This document shows positions 13,101-26,157 of a stretch of DNA of 64,000 bases, piece by piece. The stretch comes from Octopus bimaculoides (Eukaryota). The notes beneath the pieces were generated by a model. That model was not told the origin of the DNA and did not search any database. It saw only the letters and a program-made list of their open reading frames with translations. Numbering within the stretch: position 1 is the first letter of the stretch; every line of letters starts with the position of its first letter. Location: positions 47,566,833 to 47,630,832 of the forward strand of contig NC_068991.1 of assembly GCF_001194135.2 (NCBI RefSeq). The letters are read 5' to 3'. The translations under genes and the position numbers were made by a program.

Positions 13101-16100
13101 GCTTCACTTTATGGTTATTAGATCAGCTTCGAAAGACATCAGATCCATCTATTCATTTTTCTCTCTAGATCTTCAACTACTTCAAGACTTTGCCATTGTA
13201 AATGTAATGTAACACTATAAAATATGGCATCTTAGTTTTAAGATAATTTTTTTTCAATACTCATTGTATACATTTTATTATATTAGATGACTTGATTGCA
13301 AAGACATTGAAAGATTTGAATCAAAGAGGCTTCCATTATTCAGCTGTGTTAACTGGGATGACTCCTGATAAGGTAATTTCTACAGAATATTTCTGAATTG
13401 CAGTAACCATTAGCTGTATAATTAACCTATGTGATTAAAAAAAAAAATTAATCTACTAATATTTTCAGGTCAATTAATGTATAATATTGTACATATTCTC
13501 TCATCACTGAAAACATTTTATAAAATTGAAACATGACTGGAGTTGTCTCCTGTATTTTATGTAATGATTAAAATATCAGTCATTATCCCGGCCTTTTGGC
13601 TAAGATTAAATCGTATTATTAAGCTAATTATGTCTTTCCTTCACCCTGTAAGTATTTCTAATTAAATTTTTTGATGGCTCACTGAATGAACTATTTTAAC
13701 ATTAACATAACATTTGTATAATTTTAAGAACTTACTCATCAATTCCAACATCAGTAATATGATGAAAGACTACAGTCTAAAAATATTCAGCCCTGCACAA
13801 TTCTGTTGGACCTGGTTCTAAATATTATCTTGTTACTGCTATTGACCTCTCTTCAAGCATAAGGCCTTGTGATTACTTTCTTTAAAACTTGGTTCCAGTT
13901 GTCGAATAACTGGACCACGCCTGTGGGAATGGCCCATAGGGTATGTATGTATGTGTGTGTGTGTGTGTGCAATGAAAATGTGTTTTGTGGTTCGTGGTGT
14001 GTATGGGCATCACAGAGGGAGCAGGATTTTATGTCCAGATACACTTCAGTCTTTCCTCATTTTTCAAGTAAAAGATATTTTTAATCCGAATGTCTCTGAA
14101 AGTGCAGAACAACTAGTCACAATGTCAGCATCACCATTGCTTCATTTGAATAGTGACAATCATAGAATCTCAAACATTTGGTCATGCACATATATAAATA
14201 TCATTGTTATTATTTTGATGCCCACTTTTCCATGCTTGCATGGGTTTGACAGAATTTATTGAGGTAGACTTTCTATGGCTAGATGCCAACCTCTACCTGT
14301 TTCCAATTAAGGTAATCTTTCTCCATAACTTAACATGTTTTCTTAAAGAAGATTGGAAACCAAGGACAATGTTTGTATTATGGTGAAGCTTGTTTACGAC
14401 CATCATACAATGTTAAGCCTAGGAGACAATATCACACACACACACACACATATACAATGGGTTTCTTTCAGTTTCTGTCCACTCACAAGGTTCTGGGTCA
14501 GGCTACAGCTACTGTACAAGACACCTAAAGTGCTATATAGTGGAACTGAACCCTAAAACATGTGGTTAAGAAGTGAACTTCTTTGCCATGTTTCTCTCAA
14601 GAATGCATTATGATCTTAAATTTATTTTCTTTATTCTTCATTCAGGAAGCTGCTGAGTCTAACTATCTGGGACGTCATCTATTACAAGCCAAGGAACCTG
14701 CTAACCAAAATTCAACCCCTATCTATTTACCTTATCCCACTTGTCCTTTTTATGCCCAAAGTATTTCTTTGAATGTATTTGAAGGCAACAATGTAACACA
14801 ATATAAATTTTCCAATTTAACTTCCCATAATGTTACATGTAACAACAGATCAGCAAGGTAAGTATCTAATTTATCTTCAGTAGAATAAAGAGTAGAATTA
14901 GTAATGTGACAGGCAAAATGTTTTGTGGTGTACCATTTTGTTTCTTTATTAGAAATCATAAAATAATACTTTCAAGTACTGACGGTATACATCATCATCA
15001 TTTAATGTTCCATACCTTGCTAAATAATTTGATTTAGATATTGTTGAGGTGAATAACACTGATAGTTAGAAAAATGATATTAACACCATCATCTAGATCT
15101 TGGGTGTTTTTGGCAGTGACCATTCTATTGAAAGCATTCTGATTGGTTCATGCAAACTGTTCCTGTCATTTCTAGCATACTTTCAGCTCTCAACACCTAC
15201 TATAGAACCACCTACTCCCCCTTTACTCTTCAGTTGAGGAGCTGCGTTAATCTTGTGAGTTACATGGTGACCTCACTAATGCTGGTACCATTGAAAAAAG
15301 AACCCAGTGTAGTGTAAAAAAAGTTGGCATTGTGAAGTGTATCCAGCTATTGAAACCATACCAAAGATGAGACTTGCTTTGGTACTAGAGGCCTTGTACA
15401 AGAAGGGCGGATGCCAAATTTTAACATTTAGGGACAGGTTTACCATAAGTCTTGTTCTCTTTCCTCTTACTTAATGAAGGGTCAAAATTTCAGCAACCAG
15501 GCATTGCAGAGGGCTTCAGCTAGTCCTTTATATAACCTGGGTATGTTTTACTGCCATACCTCATTACATTTCGTACTTGTTCTATAGAATCTCTCCTTTC
15601 ATACAGAATAGAAACTTTTTGTTGTCCTCTGAAGTATATGTTCTCAAAACTTCATCTCTATCACCCTTGAAGCTTAGTTACTATTCTATTATTAGTTTTA
15701 CCATAAGCACTAATTATACAACCTAGGAAACAATTAGTTACCTTTTTTGATGAATCAGCTGAGCATTTGATGGTCTTCAGTTCCTAGTTAATCATTACTT
15801 TTAAGCTGCTTCAGTGCATCTATAGTTCTGCTTGTCTGTCTATCTTCTAGAAGTTCCTCTGTACTTTGTGTATATTGTTTGTGCTGTTTACTGAATGTTA
15901 TTTCTCTGATATTAAGATTTTGTAGCCACTTCAAGTGAATATTTGTCTTGGTCATATTCCTAATCAGATTTTTTCATTGAAATTGATTTATATTTTACCT
16001 GTATTGAGTAATGTATTCATATCTTACACTGGCTCAAAGCCACTTATTTGTAATTGATTTACTCAACGCAAGTAATGTACCTGCTACTATTTTATCAACA

Positions 16101-18757
16101 ACAGAAGATGTAAGATTTATACACTAAATATGACAAAATCCTTACCCCAAATCTCTACAGCATCTACCACTGCTACTACTACATTGCTTGCTGTATTGTG
16201 CGATGCGAATATTTGTATAGCTTATTGTGTAATTTATATTAAATCATTAACTAGAAAATAAAATACTAAATCTTGTTTTCAACTTTCAGTTATATATTCC
16301 AACTGCAGTCTACAGTTCCAACTTTCAGTGCAACTTTTAAGTAAGTTACAGTTTTGTAGTTAAATGATTCTGGATTTTTTTTAAAATTAAAACTATTGAA
16401 TAAAATATTGTATTCATCATTGTTTTTACATCTGCCTTTTCTATACTATGATTGTTTGGACAATCATAGTGAGGCATTATTCTATGGCCAAGTGGTCTTC
16501 CTGATGTCAACTCTTACTTGTTTTTTCAAGTAAGGTACCGTATTCCTTATCTCATCAAATTGTTGCTGGACATTTTGTTTAATCCGTTAGCATTCAGATT
16601 GCTCTGACAAATGTAATACTTATTCTTTCATATTGTTTTGATTTAATAATGCTTTATCTATTTGCTTCAAGATTTCAATGATATGATTGTTTATTTTTAG
16701 AATGACATTGTAGGGTATGTGTGATGGGCCAGATCTGGTCAGTTTGAACATAAAACAAGTAAAGGATTCGGGATAGATATGGCTGGTTTAAATGCTGAAG
16801 GGTTAATGGAGACAAATATCATAGCTGCCAAGGTGGTGTCATTGTGAACATACACAGGTACAAATACATGCATGTGTGCACAGGCACTTGTATGTATAAC
16901 ATACTAAGAGCTTCTGTACAGTTTCCATCTAAATTACACTCAGTGTATTGGTTAACCTGAAGATAAGATACTTGCTCATGGTGCCACACTGTAGGATCAA
17001 TCCTAAAACCACCTAATTGCAAAGTGAACTTCCTAATCACACCGCCTTACCTGTGTGTGTGTTTTGTTTTATATTTATGTGAAAGCCTGGTGTTGCCATC
17101 CGGTTTCACCAGTCCTCAGTCAAATCGTCCAACCCATGCTAGCATGGAAAGCGGACGTTAAACGATGATGATGATGAAATCAGTTGTCTTAACTGTAAGC
17201 TTTGAATATGGTATTTTAAAGAAATTGTCCTACAATATTTTTTTAATTATCAAAGCATAAACTAATCACATTCATTGATTAAAACATTTTTTCTTTCTTT
17301 TTTCTAGTCTTGATATTATCTTGAATTCCTCTGACTGGCGCATTGATTCATTTGTTGTGGAATATGAACTGAATGGAACAACTCACACTCCTGGCTTGAA
17401 AGCTCAATTTATCTCAGCCCCTAAAGTGTTTTCTTATCATTGTACTAAGTTGATATTGTTGCGTGAAAGTCAAAATAGCAGCAGAATTAGTGTTGAAATC
17501 AAGGGGCTACAGGTAAGTTGAAATATTCTCATAACTTAGTGTTATGACTGAGTAGTAAAATAGGTTATTGGGTTGGACAGTTTTTTTTTTTTTCTTTTCA
17601 ATGTTTTACAACTGGATGTCCTTCCTGTCACCAATCCTTTTAGTCACCTCTTACAACAGACAGACACATGGTGCAGCTATTCTAGAACTGTTGATCATGT
17701 TGCCTTTGGTAAAAAAAAAAAGAAAAAAAAGGGAGATAACATGGATTAGGGAGGTGACAACACTGAATAATAGATAAGAATGGTCATGGCTGCCCCACTT
17801 TTGGCCATTGGCCTGCTTGATCAGAGTTGACCTAGAGCTAAACAACAATACATAGCTGTTATATATTTTATTACCAATTTCCTTGATCAAGTCTGTCCTT
17901 GGGCTAAACATCAACAATTGTCTTAGATGATAAAAAGAACAGCCCACTTCATCCCATGCTGGCATGGGTTAGATAGTTTGACTGAAACTGGAAAGCTGGA
18001 GAGCTGCACTAGGTTCCAATCTGATATGGCACGGTTTCTACAGCTGGATGGCCTTCCTAATGTCAACCACTCCAAGGGTGCGATGAGTGCTTTTTACATG
18101 CCACTGGTATGGGTGCCAGTTATGTGACTGGCATCAGCCACAACTACGATTTCACTTGGCTAAATGAGTCTTCTCAAGCACTGTATATCGCCAAAGGTCT
18201 CAGTCACTTATCGCCTTCGTGTGGCCCAACATTCATAAAAAGACAGTTGTGAAACAAAATGGTTGTTTAACCCTTTTGCATCTAGATTTCTTTGTCAAAT
18301 GAATTGCTTATTTATTCACATTGTTTTGAACTAATCACACATTATCTTGTAGCTTCAAGATTTTAGTAGTTGGATCTCATCAGTTTTAACATAAAACAAG
18401 GTAGAATATTTGGACTGGATTAAATATTAAAAGGTTAATTTATTTTGAATTAGAATATATGTGTTTAAATTGATATTGATTGATTTTTCTATTGGAAATT
18501 AATTTTTTTACCATTGTTTTTCTTTTTCCTTATTTTTTTTTTAGATTCAGCCTTTTGATGGGAGAAATGGAACATTTACCAACAATGTGTGGGATTGTAC
18601 AGGTTTCTTTTCCATTGGTATTTGGATGGGGTTGATTAGTACACTTATTCTTGGTATGATTCTTGCATTTGGTCTGTGTATGATTATGGATATCAAAACT
18701 ATGGATAGATTCGATGACCCTAAAGGCAAAATGTTTTCAGTACCAGTAATGGAGTGA
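1096..18757 (+). CDS. ATP6AP1: V-type proton ATPase subunit S1 (Ac45), 9 coding exons, 1293 nt, 430 aa
   Basis: Signal peptide then VPALIWS; IFLQDKL; YSAVLTG; GRHLLQ; WDCTGFFSIGIWMGL transmembrane segment; C-terminal MDRFDDPKG. All introns are GT-AG and phases join without stops. Confidence 0.95.
3300..4440 (-). mobile_element. Decayed non-LTR retrotransposon (LINE) reverse transcriptase fragment; ends approximate
   Basis: Minus strand about 4300-4180 translates NSGVSPDS...FILYINDLL...SCADD, resembling the RT motifs SGVPQGS, LYINDL and ADD. Elsewhere broken by stops. Confidence 0.6.
5607..5762 (+). repeat. Tandem repeat, 3 x 52 bp
   Basis: Unit CAGAAATATGGCAAAGTGATCAATGTGTAAAGCGGGTGTTGGCATATTGCAT starts at 5607, 5659 and 5711. 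Confidence 0.95.
6370..6712 (+). mobile_element. tRNA-derived SINE; ends approximate
   Basis: A/B-box-like head (GGCTCAGTGTTTAG...GAGTTTGATTCC) followed by CTTGAACAAGAC...CCAGTTCACTCAGCTGTA core. Confidence 0.55.
8015..8138 (+). CDS. ATP6AP1: ATP6AP1 exon 2
   Basis: TTCTAG| SMNDLPTVFMGNKVSADTFHNNYLLPLSKESRSIVIFLQDK |GTAAGT, phase 2 to 0. Confidence 0.92.
8717..8794 (+). CDS. ATP6AP1: ATP6AP1 exon 3
   Basis: TATCAG| LGLNHLSHYADIYNDDGKGGVFKNVK |GTAAGC, phase 0 to 0. Confidence 0.9.
9296..9743 (+). mobile_element. Non-autonomous Helitron-like element
   Basis: A|TCTATTATAATAAAAGCGAAATCTGTCTGTC 5' end; 3' end ...GGAGCTAG|T; insertion between A and T with no TSD. Confidence 0.5.
11469..11691 (+). 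CDS. ATP6AP1: ATP6AP1 exon 4
   Basis: TTCTAG| KFMENSFSTNLASVSNP...SNEAVTLKNN G|GTATGT, phase 0 to 1; overlaps ORF 11475-11744. Confidence 0.9.
12050..12340 (-). mobile_element. tRNA-derived SINE; related copy at about 30320-30615
   Basis: Minus-strand head GGCCTAGTGGTTAGAGCAGCGGACTCGCAGTCG...GGTTCAAATC; shared tail CCTTATGAGCCAGGCATGGCT. Confidence 0.7.
13287..13372 (+). CDS. ATP6AP1: ATP6AP1 exon 5
   Basis: TATTAG| DDLIAKTLKDLNQRGFHYSAVLTGMTPDK |GTAATT, phase 1 to 0. Confidence 0.9.
14646..14857 (+). CDS. ATP6AP1: ATP6AP1 exon 6
   Basis: TTCAG| EAAESNYLGRHLLQAKEP...VTCNNRSA AG|GTAAGT, phase 0 to 2; rich in N-x-S/T sequons. Confidence 0.92.
16290..16340 (+). CDS. ATP6AP1: ATP6AP1 exon 7 (51 nt)
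   Basis: CTTTCAG| (S)YIFQLQSTVPTFSATF AA|GTAAGT, phase 2 to 2, open frame. Confidence 0.75.
   Translation, partial: LYIPTAVYSSNFQCNF
17308..17512 (+). CDS. ATP6AP1: ATP6AP1 exon 8
   Basis: TTTCTAG| LDIILNSSDWRIDS...ISAPKVFSYHCT...EIKGLQ |GTAAGT, phase 2 to 0. Confidence 0.92.
18545..18757 (+). CDS. ATP6AP1: ATP6AP1 exon 9 (transmembrane segment, cytosolic tail, stop)
   Basis: TTTAG| IQPFDGRNGTFTNNVWDCTGFFSIGIWMGLISTLILGMILAFGLCMIMDIKTMDRFDDPKGKMFSVPVME TGA. Confidence 0.95.
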   Translation: MQPFDGRNGTFTNNVWDCTGFFSIGIWMGLISTLILGMILAFGLCMIMDIKTMDRFDDPKGKMFSVPVME

Positions 18758-19084
18758 TAGAGTTTGAAATGATTTTAATACTAAAAATCTAAAAACAAGC
18801 AAAAACAACAAAAACAAAACAATCTTAATACAATAACATCAAAGACGAATTTAGTTCCAATAGTTTCAATTGTTAGGTATATAAAAAAAACAAAATAGAT
18901 CTTCTTGATAAACACCTTAGAGATATTTTCATAAATCAAGGTTTAGTATTAAATTCTGTGAATTTCACAAAACTATCTGATCTTTAATTTGTTTTCTCAT
19001 GTTGGTAAATTTAGTGAATTACACTTTTTTTTTACTGAGATTTATTTATTTATTTAAATTATTTTCAATATGAAATCTGTATTG

Positions 19085-19086
<2 letters not shown>

Positions 19087-19152
<66 letters not shown>
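19087..19152. repeat. (TA)n microsatellite in the presumed ATP6AP1 3'UTR
   Basis: Perfect TA run. Other microsatellite arrays at about 19963-20100, 25620-25690, 29668-29750, 30260-30330 and 42055-42122. Confidence 0.95.
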
Positions 19153-19154
<2 letters not shown>

Positions 19155-19860
19155 TTCTTCTTAGTGTTTTTTGTTTCTAAGGTTTAGGTTAATATAAGTT
19201 GCTTAATTATAAAATGCTAATTGTTTACCTTTTTGCTTTTAGTTTCTTAATATGTTTTGTACTGCTGAAAACATTTAGCAATGATTTTTTTCAAAAAAAT
19301 TATTTTTGTCACTACTAATTTATAGGGTTAATTAATTTCATCTGGATTGTGAAATAATTTGTGTTAACTTGATGAGTCTTCATGGAATGGTGAATGAGCT
19401 GCATCTAATTTACATCTTTATCAAGAGAACACCTTCATCGTAAATCTCTTGTAAATAATATTTTAAAAGCTGTACATTCTCTGTCTTTTCATTCTGTATC
19501 ATCAACCCATATTGGCCCACTGAATAATATTCTTTCTTCTTTCTATAAAGAATACCTTCTTAACATTCCTACTGCTAGAATTCTAGTCCCTGCTCAAAAG
19601 AATGTTTCATATTGGCTTATACAGCTGCAAGGATCAAACCAGAACAAGCGATACTATAAATTACAAAAGTTTGTTACTGTTATTTTTTTGTTTTGGAGGT
19701 GTTGTGTTATTAGTAGAATTATTATCAGCTTAGTGATAATGTTCTGAAAATATCTGTAAAGTTGTCTTCTGTATGTATATATTGAAAAATGTGATTTATT
19801 TATTTTTTTTTTCATGTTTGCATTTGAAAGAATTGAATTCCATTGAAACTAGTTAATTTC

Positions 19861-19866
19861 AATAAA
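19861..19866 (+). terminator. Candidate polyadenylation signal of ATP6AP1
   Basis: AATAAA about 1.1 kb after the stop, following a U-rich 3'UTR. Alternative AATAAA at 20622 and 20781; which is used is unknown. Confidence 0.4.
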
Positions 19867-19980
19867 AAGGAAACTCAATTTAGAATTTACTTCTAAAGTT
19901 AAAAATCAAAGTAAAGATTTACTTTTTCTTGTAATTTAAAGGTTACTCTCTGTGTCTCCCTATATGTGTGTGTGTGTGTG

Positions 19981-20023
<43 letters not shown>

Positions 20024-22229
20024 GCACTCACACTCACATGTATACATGCATATATATACACATTCATATACATGTGTTTGTGTGTATATATATATGTGTG
20101 GGTGTATGTGTTCAAAATGTAGATTAATTTGTAAATTTGCAAAGCTCTTTAAAAAAAGCCTTTCCAAATATATAATGTATAAAAAATTTCTCAAGAAATA
20201 GTTTAAAATGAAACTAAAAATTACAGCAGTTAATTCAGTTAAACTGTATTATTAGAAAAAAAAATTTTTTTTTTTCCCCAAGAATTAAATGAAAAATTCA
20301 AAAGGTTAGTCTTCCAAGCAATATCTTGACATTCTGCTCTTGGAGTATCTAACTGCCAATACATTGCATTGGACTTTTATTCAAGGAATTTATCAAAACG
20401 TTTTCATAATCAGAAAAGTGTGTTGTAAGAGAAAAAACTCTGATTGTGATTAATTTCACCTTTCTATTTGTGAAATTTTGTAGAATTGGTTAGAGATAAG
20501 ATATGACTTAGATCAACTCATAGTTTTTTCTTGGATCACTGATACAACCATTGTTATATTTCTGGAAAATTGTTGCATAAGTTGTTGATATTGTTCTTTT
20601 CTCTCTTTTTTTTTTTTTGTGAATAAAATAATGGAGAAAAAAATTAAACTTGTGTTCAGTTATTTCAGCGATCTCTATTATTAAAAAGGCAGTAGGTTGG
20701 CAGTTTGTGATTGAAGGTCATGCAGTATCTAGTTACAACTATTTGTAAGAGAAGTAAAATGGCAGTGCATTGTGTTCTTCAATAAAACATGTCTTTTTCA
20801 CTTTGCTCCAGTTCACTCAGCTATAAATAAGTAACCATATGATGGATTGGTGTCTCATTTAGGGTGAAATGTGATCTCAGTCATTTATATATCATGGAAA
20901 CTAGGCAACTGGCACTGTCCAAAGTCCCAAAACATTGGAAGTCAATTAGGCTCTTCCATTTACCCTTTTACTAGTTTCAGTCATTGGACTGTGGTCATGC
21001 TGGAGCACTTCCTTGAAAAATATAGAATCTACCTCTCATTCAGTTTTTTTTTTTTCTTTGGTTCAAAATTTCAAATTTAGAATGAAAGTTAGGAATCGTC
21101 ATTTAAAGAAGTAAATTCTTGGTGAGCCAAAACTATTATTTTGCTTTGGTTTCTTCTTATGGCCATTGCACATCAAATACATTTTATCTAGGATGCCATA
21201 TGCTGAACCACTAAGTTTGGGTACGTAAACAAACCAGCACATTACCAAGGGGTGGTGGGGGACAAATAAAAGGACACATACACAATGGGTCTCTTTCTGT
21301 TACCAAATCCACTCACATGGCCTTGGGTGACCAAGGCCTATAGTAGAAGATACTTGCCCAGGGTGCCATGTAGTGGACTGAACCTGAAACCATGAGGTTG
21401 GGAAGCAAACTTCTTACTACACTTGATGGTTTTAACATAGAGGGTTTGCACTATATAATCTTTTAATCTTAAATATAAAAGGCTAGTGCTTCTACAAGTA
21501 ATATTTTGTAAGTACTGTTTGTACACATTTGTCAATTGAAATTTTCATATGATTTTAATAAGGGCATTGCTTTCAGCATGGGCCTGGTTCTATGGTTAAG
21601 AAGCTTGCTCCCCAGCCATATGGTTTTGGGTTTGATAAATGTTTTTGAGGCATTGTTTTACTGCTGGATGCCATTACAGTTGCTAGTTCTTACCTGATTT
21701 TCAAGTAAGGAGTCTATTATTCTTTGTGGCTTCCAAGTTGCAAAGTGAGTGGATGATTTGACAGAAATGATTGCTGCACTGCCAGTATATTGCAACTTTT
21801 GTACAAGTGAGTGCAGATGTAAACAAGCACATAAATATAAGCATGTGTAGTGACTTCACTGGTGCCACAAAAAGCACCCAGTACACTCTGTAAAGGTGTT
21901 GGAGTAAGGAAAGGTAGCCAGCTGCAAAAAACAAGCCACAGCAAACTTTGGAGTTTGGTACAGTCTTCTGGCTTGTTTCCTGTAAAACACCCAACTCATA
22001 CTAGCATTGAAATTAAATGATATACAAGGTATTTGGGCTAGATTTGACAATTTTTTTATGTCTCCTTTTTTCAAGAACAGCTTGACATATTGGCGAATGG
22101 TTAATGGCATTGGAGAGCATAAATATTAAAGTGGTAGTTAAGAAAAAGTTACCTGACATGGAGTACTGGAAGTCATCTAAATAATGAAATAGAGTTACCA
22201 ACATCACAATGATTTGCACTGGTTATTAA

Positions 22230-23200
22230 AATGCCAACATCATGAATACTGCTCAATGTTCAGTGAACACTGTGAAGACTAAGGCATAACATGGATAGCT
22301 GCAAGGGAAACTTCAAAGCTACAGCTAGCAGGAAGGGACACAACAGTCGCTCTGATTGTGTCTGCACACCAGAACTCATCCAGCAACTTCAGGACAAGGT
22401 GATAGAAGATCTGAGCAAGGGAATCTGGGCTTTAGTGAAAGATGGATGTTGAAGTCACCACCATGAAACTGGCTTTCTACCGTTTGTACAAGAGGCGAAT
22501 TCTGATGGCCAAGGAGAACTGCCTGATGAAGGCAATGATGCTTCTGAACAATCTTGTTTAGTTAGAGATGGTCTGGTTCACAGATGAAAAGAACGTTTGC
22601 CAGGATCAGTTGCACAACACCCAGAAAAACAAGTGGCTTTCCTACAATCCATGTGATATCACACATATCATGAAACCAAGTTCCCCCAAACTGCAATGGC
22701 TTTTGGGTTTATCTCCAGTGAGGGTGATGTCAGGCCACTCCACATCTTTGAACAGGGCTTTAGGCTCAATTCAGACAGCTATGTGAAGCAGCTGGAGACT
22801 GTAGTCAATCCTTGACTCGAGATGGTTGCTGCTGAAAGCTTTATGAGTGGCAGCAGGATTTATCTCCTTGCCATACCTCCAGAAAGAGTCAGAAATGGTT
22901 GTCAGAGAATTTCCTTGACCTCAGAAGTAATGTTTATCACCACATCAATATGGCTGTCCTGTAGGAATTGACATTACTACTATTTTTAACCCCAAGAGGA
23001 GCCTCCTCCAGCTGGTTATTGATGCAATCTGCACCTGGTGCAAGCAGGTGAGCAAACCCCTACCATCTTCAAGCAGATCTTATTTTTATATACATTGTGA
23101 GCTGGAGCGGATTACTGCTGCCTCTAGCGGATGGGTGTCCATCACTGAAGATAAGCACAAATAGCTCAAAACTGTATGGTCTGGTGGTCTTGTCATCTGC
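22230..23200 (+). mobile_element. Decayed Tc1/mariner-superfamily transposase, maT-like; ends approximate
   Basis: WFTDEKN.CQDQ.HN.QKNKW, then across frameshifts TKFPQT..., SSEGDV, WQQD...PCHTSRKSQKWLSENF. Confidence 0.65.
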
Positions 23201-25616
23201 TAGGAGTTAGTAGGGATTTGCTCCCTTGCTTGCAATATATATTGGGTGCAGATTGCATCGATAACCAGCTGAGGTTAAAAACAGTAGTAATGTCAGTTGC
23301 CATGAAACAGACATATTGAAGTGGCAATAAACATTACTCCTCAATATAATTACTACTTTTGTCTCTTATAGATATTTTCTAACTAGCTACTTTGCTTGTT
23401 CTTTGACTTCACTAACTCTAATTTCTAGTCTCCTAATTCCCCCAATTGTAATCCCATGGATTAGTATATGTGGAGTGCAGTCAAAAAAGACAGCAACATC
23501 AGGGTCAAGATGAAGATATTCAAGGATATTTCTAGGAACGCAATAAGGAATACAGGTGCCAGGTTCTGGAGCCGTCTTGAGGCCATGGTGGAGGAAGTTG
23601 AGGGCAGCTACTTTGTTCCATTGTAGCTATCATATAAGAGTTTTGTATATAAACATGCTTTTTTCAACCCATCTTGACTTCAGTATACACAAACACAAGA
23701 AATTATTGCAGACTGCATTACTTCATCCTCTGTAGTTGCTCTGAATACTCTTTTATAACAAGACCAAAACAAACTTATAACATTCTGTGACCAACACAGC
23801 AGAATAGCCATGTTAGATTATATTTTCACATAACAATGCTGGAAGCACTAAGTTCAAAGTGCATCTGACTATGCAATGGCTACTTGTACATTTTTTTCTT
23901 TAATGTTAGAGGGGGTCAACAGAAAGACAGCTGAAAATATCTTGCTGGTTTCTGCTATAGAACAATCTAACAAGATGTCGCTTTGTTGGTGGAATATCTA
24001 AAGAATCAGTTTCCAAACTGAATATATAACATTCATAGAATTGTTGCAAAATGCCTAAGTTATAGGCATAGTGATTCTGAAGTAATTCTAACAACTTTGG
24101 AAGAATTTAGTTAAATCATGCAACACCATGAGAGTGCAAGAATGCAGGTGATTTTGGAAAGGTACTCATAAGATCATTGGTGGGAAAAACAAAACATGTC
24201 TCACTTGTGGTAGCATACCGAAGATTTAATTTGAAAATGATTAAATGCTCAAAAATCTACCAGGAGATTGAAACTGATTAGTGATCTATCCATAATGTAC
24301 TTCAAGGGTGGATTTTAAGAGAGTGAAACTGTTTGTAGAAAAAAACTGCTAGAGCAGACAACTTTCAATCAAATTTCCTACAGGTATTTTAACTGCACCA
24401 AATTTCTCTATCAAATTGTGAGTTCTAACCAATTACCAATTTCAAGTTCCGTTAATCTTTAGAAATTGTCTATTAGATTGTCACAGTAGTAATGCAAAAG
24501 AAAGGAAATGGTATCAGGGTTGTCATTTTACGTATGTTTCCCATGCAGGTATGGATTAAACAGGTTGCTATGGTCTGAGTCACTTCTTATTTAGAGCTTA
24601 TTGGTTTCCCAGATGAGTTGGGGACCACGTCTCAATAATATTTTCCTTTATTGGCATGGTTTCTATAGCTGGATGTTCTTCTTAATACAAACTAATTTAC
24701 AGAGTATATTGAATGCTTTTTATCATGGTACTAATACTAGAAAGGTTATCTTCTCTGTGTTGTCTCTATTCATTCAATGCAATGTGACAGAGAAGATGAA
24801 CAAATGAAAATAAGAGCAAAGATGATGGTAAAAGAGATTATGAAGGAAGAGTTGATGATAGAGAAGTGGAGGTAATGGAAGAGCCTCAGAGATAGACAGC
24901 TGCACGTTGGTTGTTGATATGGAGAATAAATAGAAAAACAGCATGAATTGGATGGTGAAGAGAATGATAGAAGGGTGACAGGTTGTTGGAAGTGTGAGAG
25001 AAACAGGAGGGAGTAATATGGGAGAGAGAGAGAGAGTGATGGATAGCAGTAAAGATGGATGATGGTAACAGAGAGAGAGAGAGAGAGAGAGTATTGATGT
25101 CAATAATGAATGATAAGCAGGGAGAGTGAGAGAGAGAAGGCTAGCAATAAAGAAGGATAATAGACATCAAAGGATGATGATGATGCTAGCAGGGATTCAT
25201 TGTTGTCATCATACATTTTATCATACTTTCTAGTGTTGACGGAATTTGTTACGTAGATATTCTACAGCCAGATGACACACCTGTTGCCCACATTCATGTT
25301 TCCAAGTAAGGTAATCCTCACTTTAGCTGGACATGTTTTCACAGAAGGCTAGAAAAGAACAAACATTGTTTGTACTGCAGTGATTCTCACTTACAATTAT
25401 AATATAGCCATACACACATACATGTGACAGGTTTCTTACAGTTTCTATCTATCAAATCCATTAACAAGGAAGATACTTGCTCAAGGTGCCATGCAGTGGA
25501 ACTGAACTAAAAACTATGCCATTATCAAGCAAAATTCTCAACCACACAGCTATGCCTGTACCAATACTGTATTTCAGAAATCATACAGAATTACCATTTA
25601 CTAGCACCAATGCAAA

Positions 25617-25689
<73 letters not shown>

Positions 25690-25923
25690 GTGGCACATAA
25701 AAGACACCATTTCGAGCGTGGCCGTTTTCGTGCGGGTGACACGTAAAAGCACCCACTACACTCTCTGAGTGGTTGGCGTTAGGAAGGGCTTCCAGCTGTA
25801 GAAACTCTTCCAAATTGGATTGGAGCCTGGTGTTGCCATCCGGTTTCACCAGTCCTCAGTCAAATCGTCCAACCCATGCTAGCATGGAAAGCGGACGTTA
25901 AACGACGATGATGATGATGATGA
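25690..25923. mobile_element. Abundant (GAT)n-tailed short interspersed repeat. Same orientation: 17085-17177, 37759-37968, 39505-39865, 42124-42222. Opposite orientation: 27625-27985, 29279-29660, 43276-43545
   Basis: Shared ...GGAAGGGCATCCAGCTGTAGAAACTC...CCATGCTAGCATGGAAAGCGGACGTTAAACGATGATGATG. Source of the recurring MKPDG.../EFLQLDALPNAN ORFs. Confidence 0.85.
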
Positions 25924-26157
25924 TATATAGCGATGGTATTATTAAAATATCATCACGAGTGGTAAGTGAATTATCAGCCATACAAGCAAATTAATAAAAT
26001 ATATACATACAATATTAGATATGTACATATATATATATATAAGGATACTACATGAGAACCTATATCGCTAAAAAATAGAAGTCAAAAAGTACTTCTATAC
26101 CACCGAATAGTCACAAATCTATTTCAGACATGATAGGAAAATATATATATATATATA

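Noticed and set aside
22523-22529. CTGATGA, possible hammerhead core
   Set aside because: Inside transposase coding remnant; no stem II followed by GAAA.
24774-25190. 109-aa minus-strand ORF in a purine-rich tract
   Set aside because: Low-complexity (GA)n and GAT-rich sequence produces the ORF.
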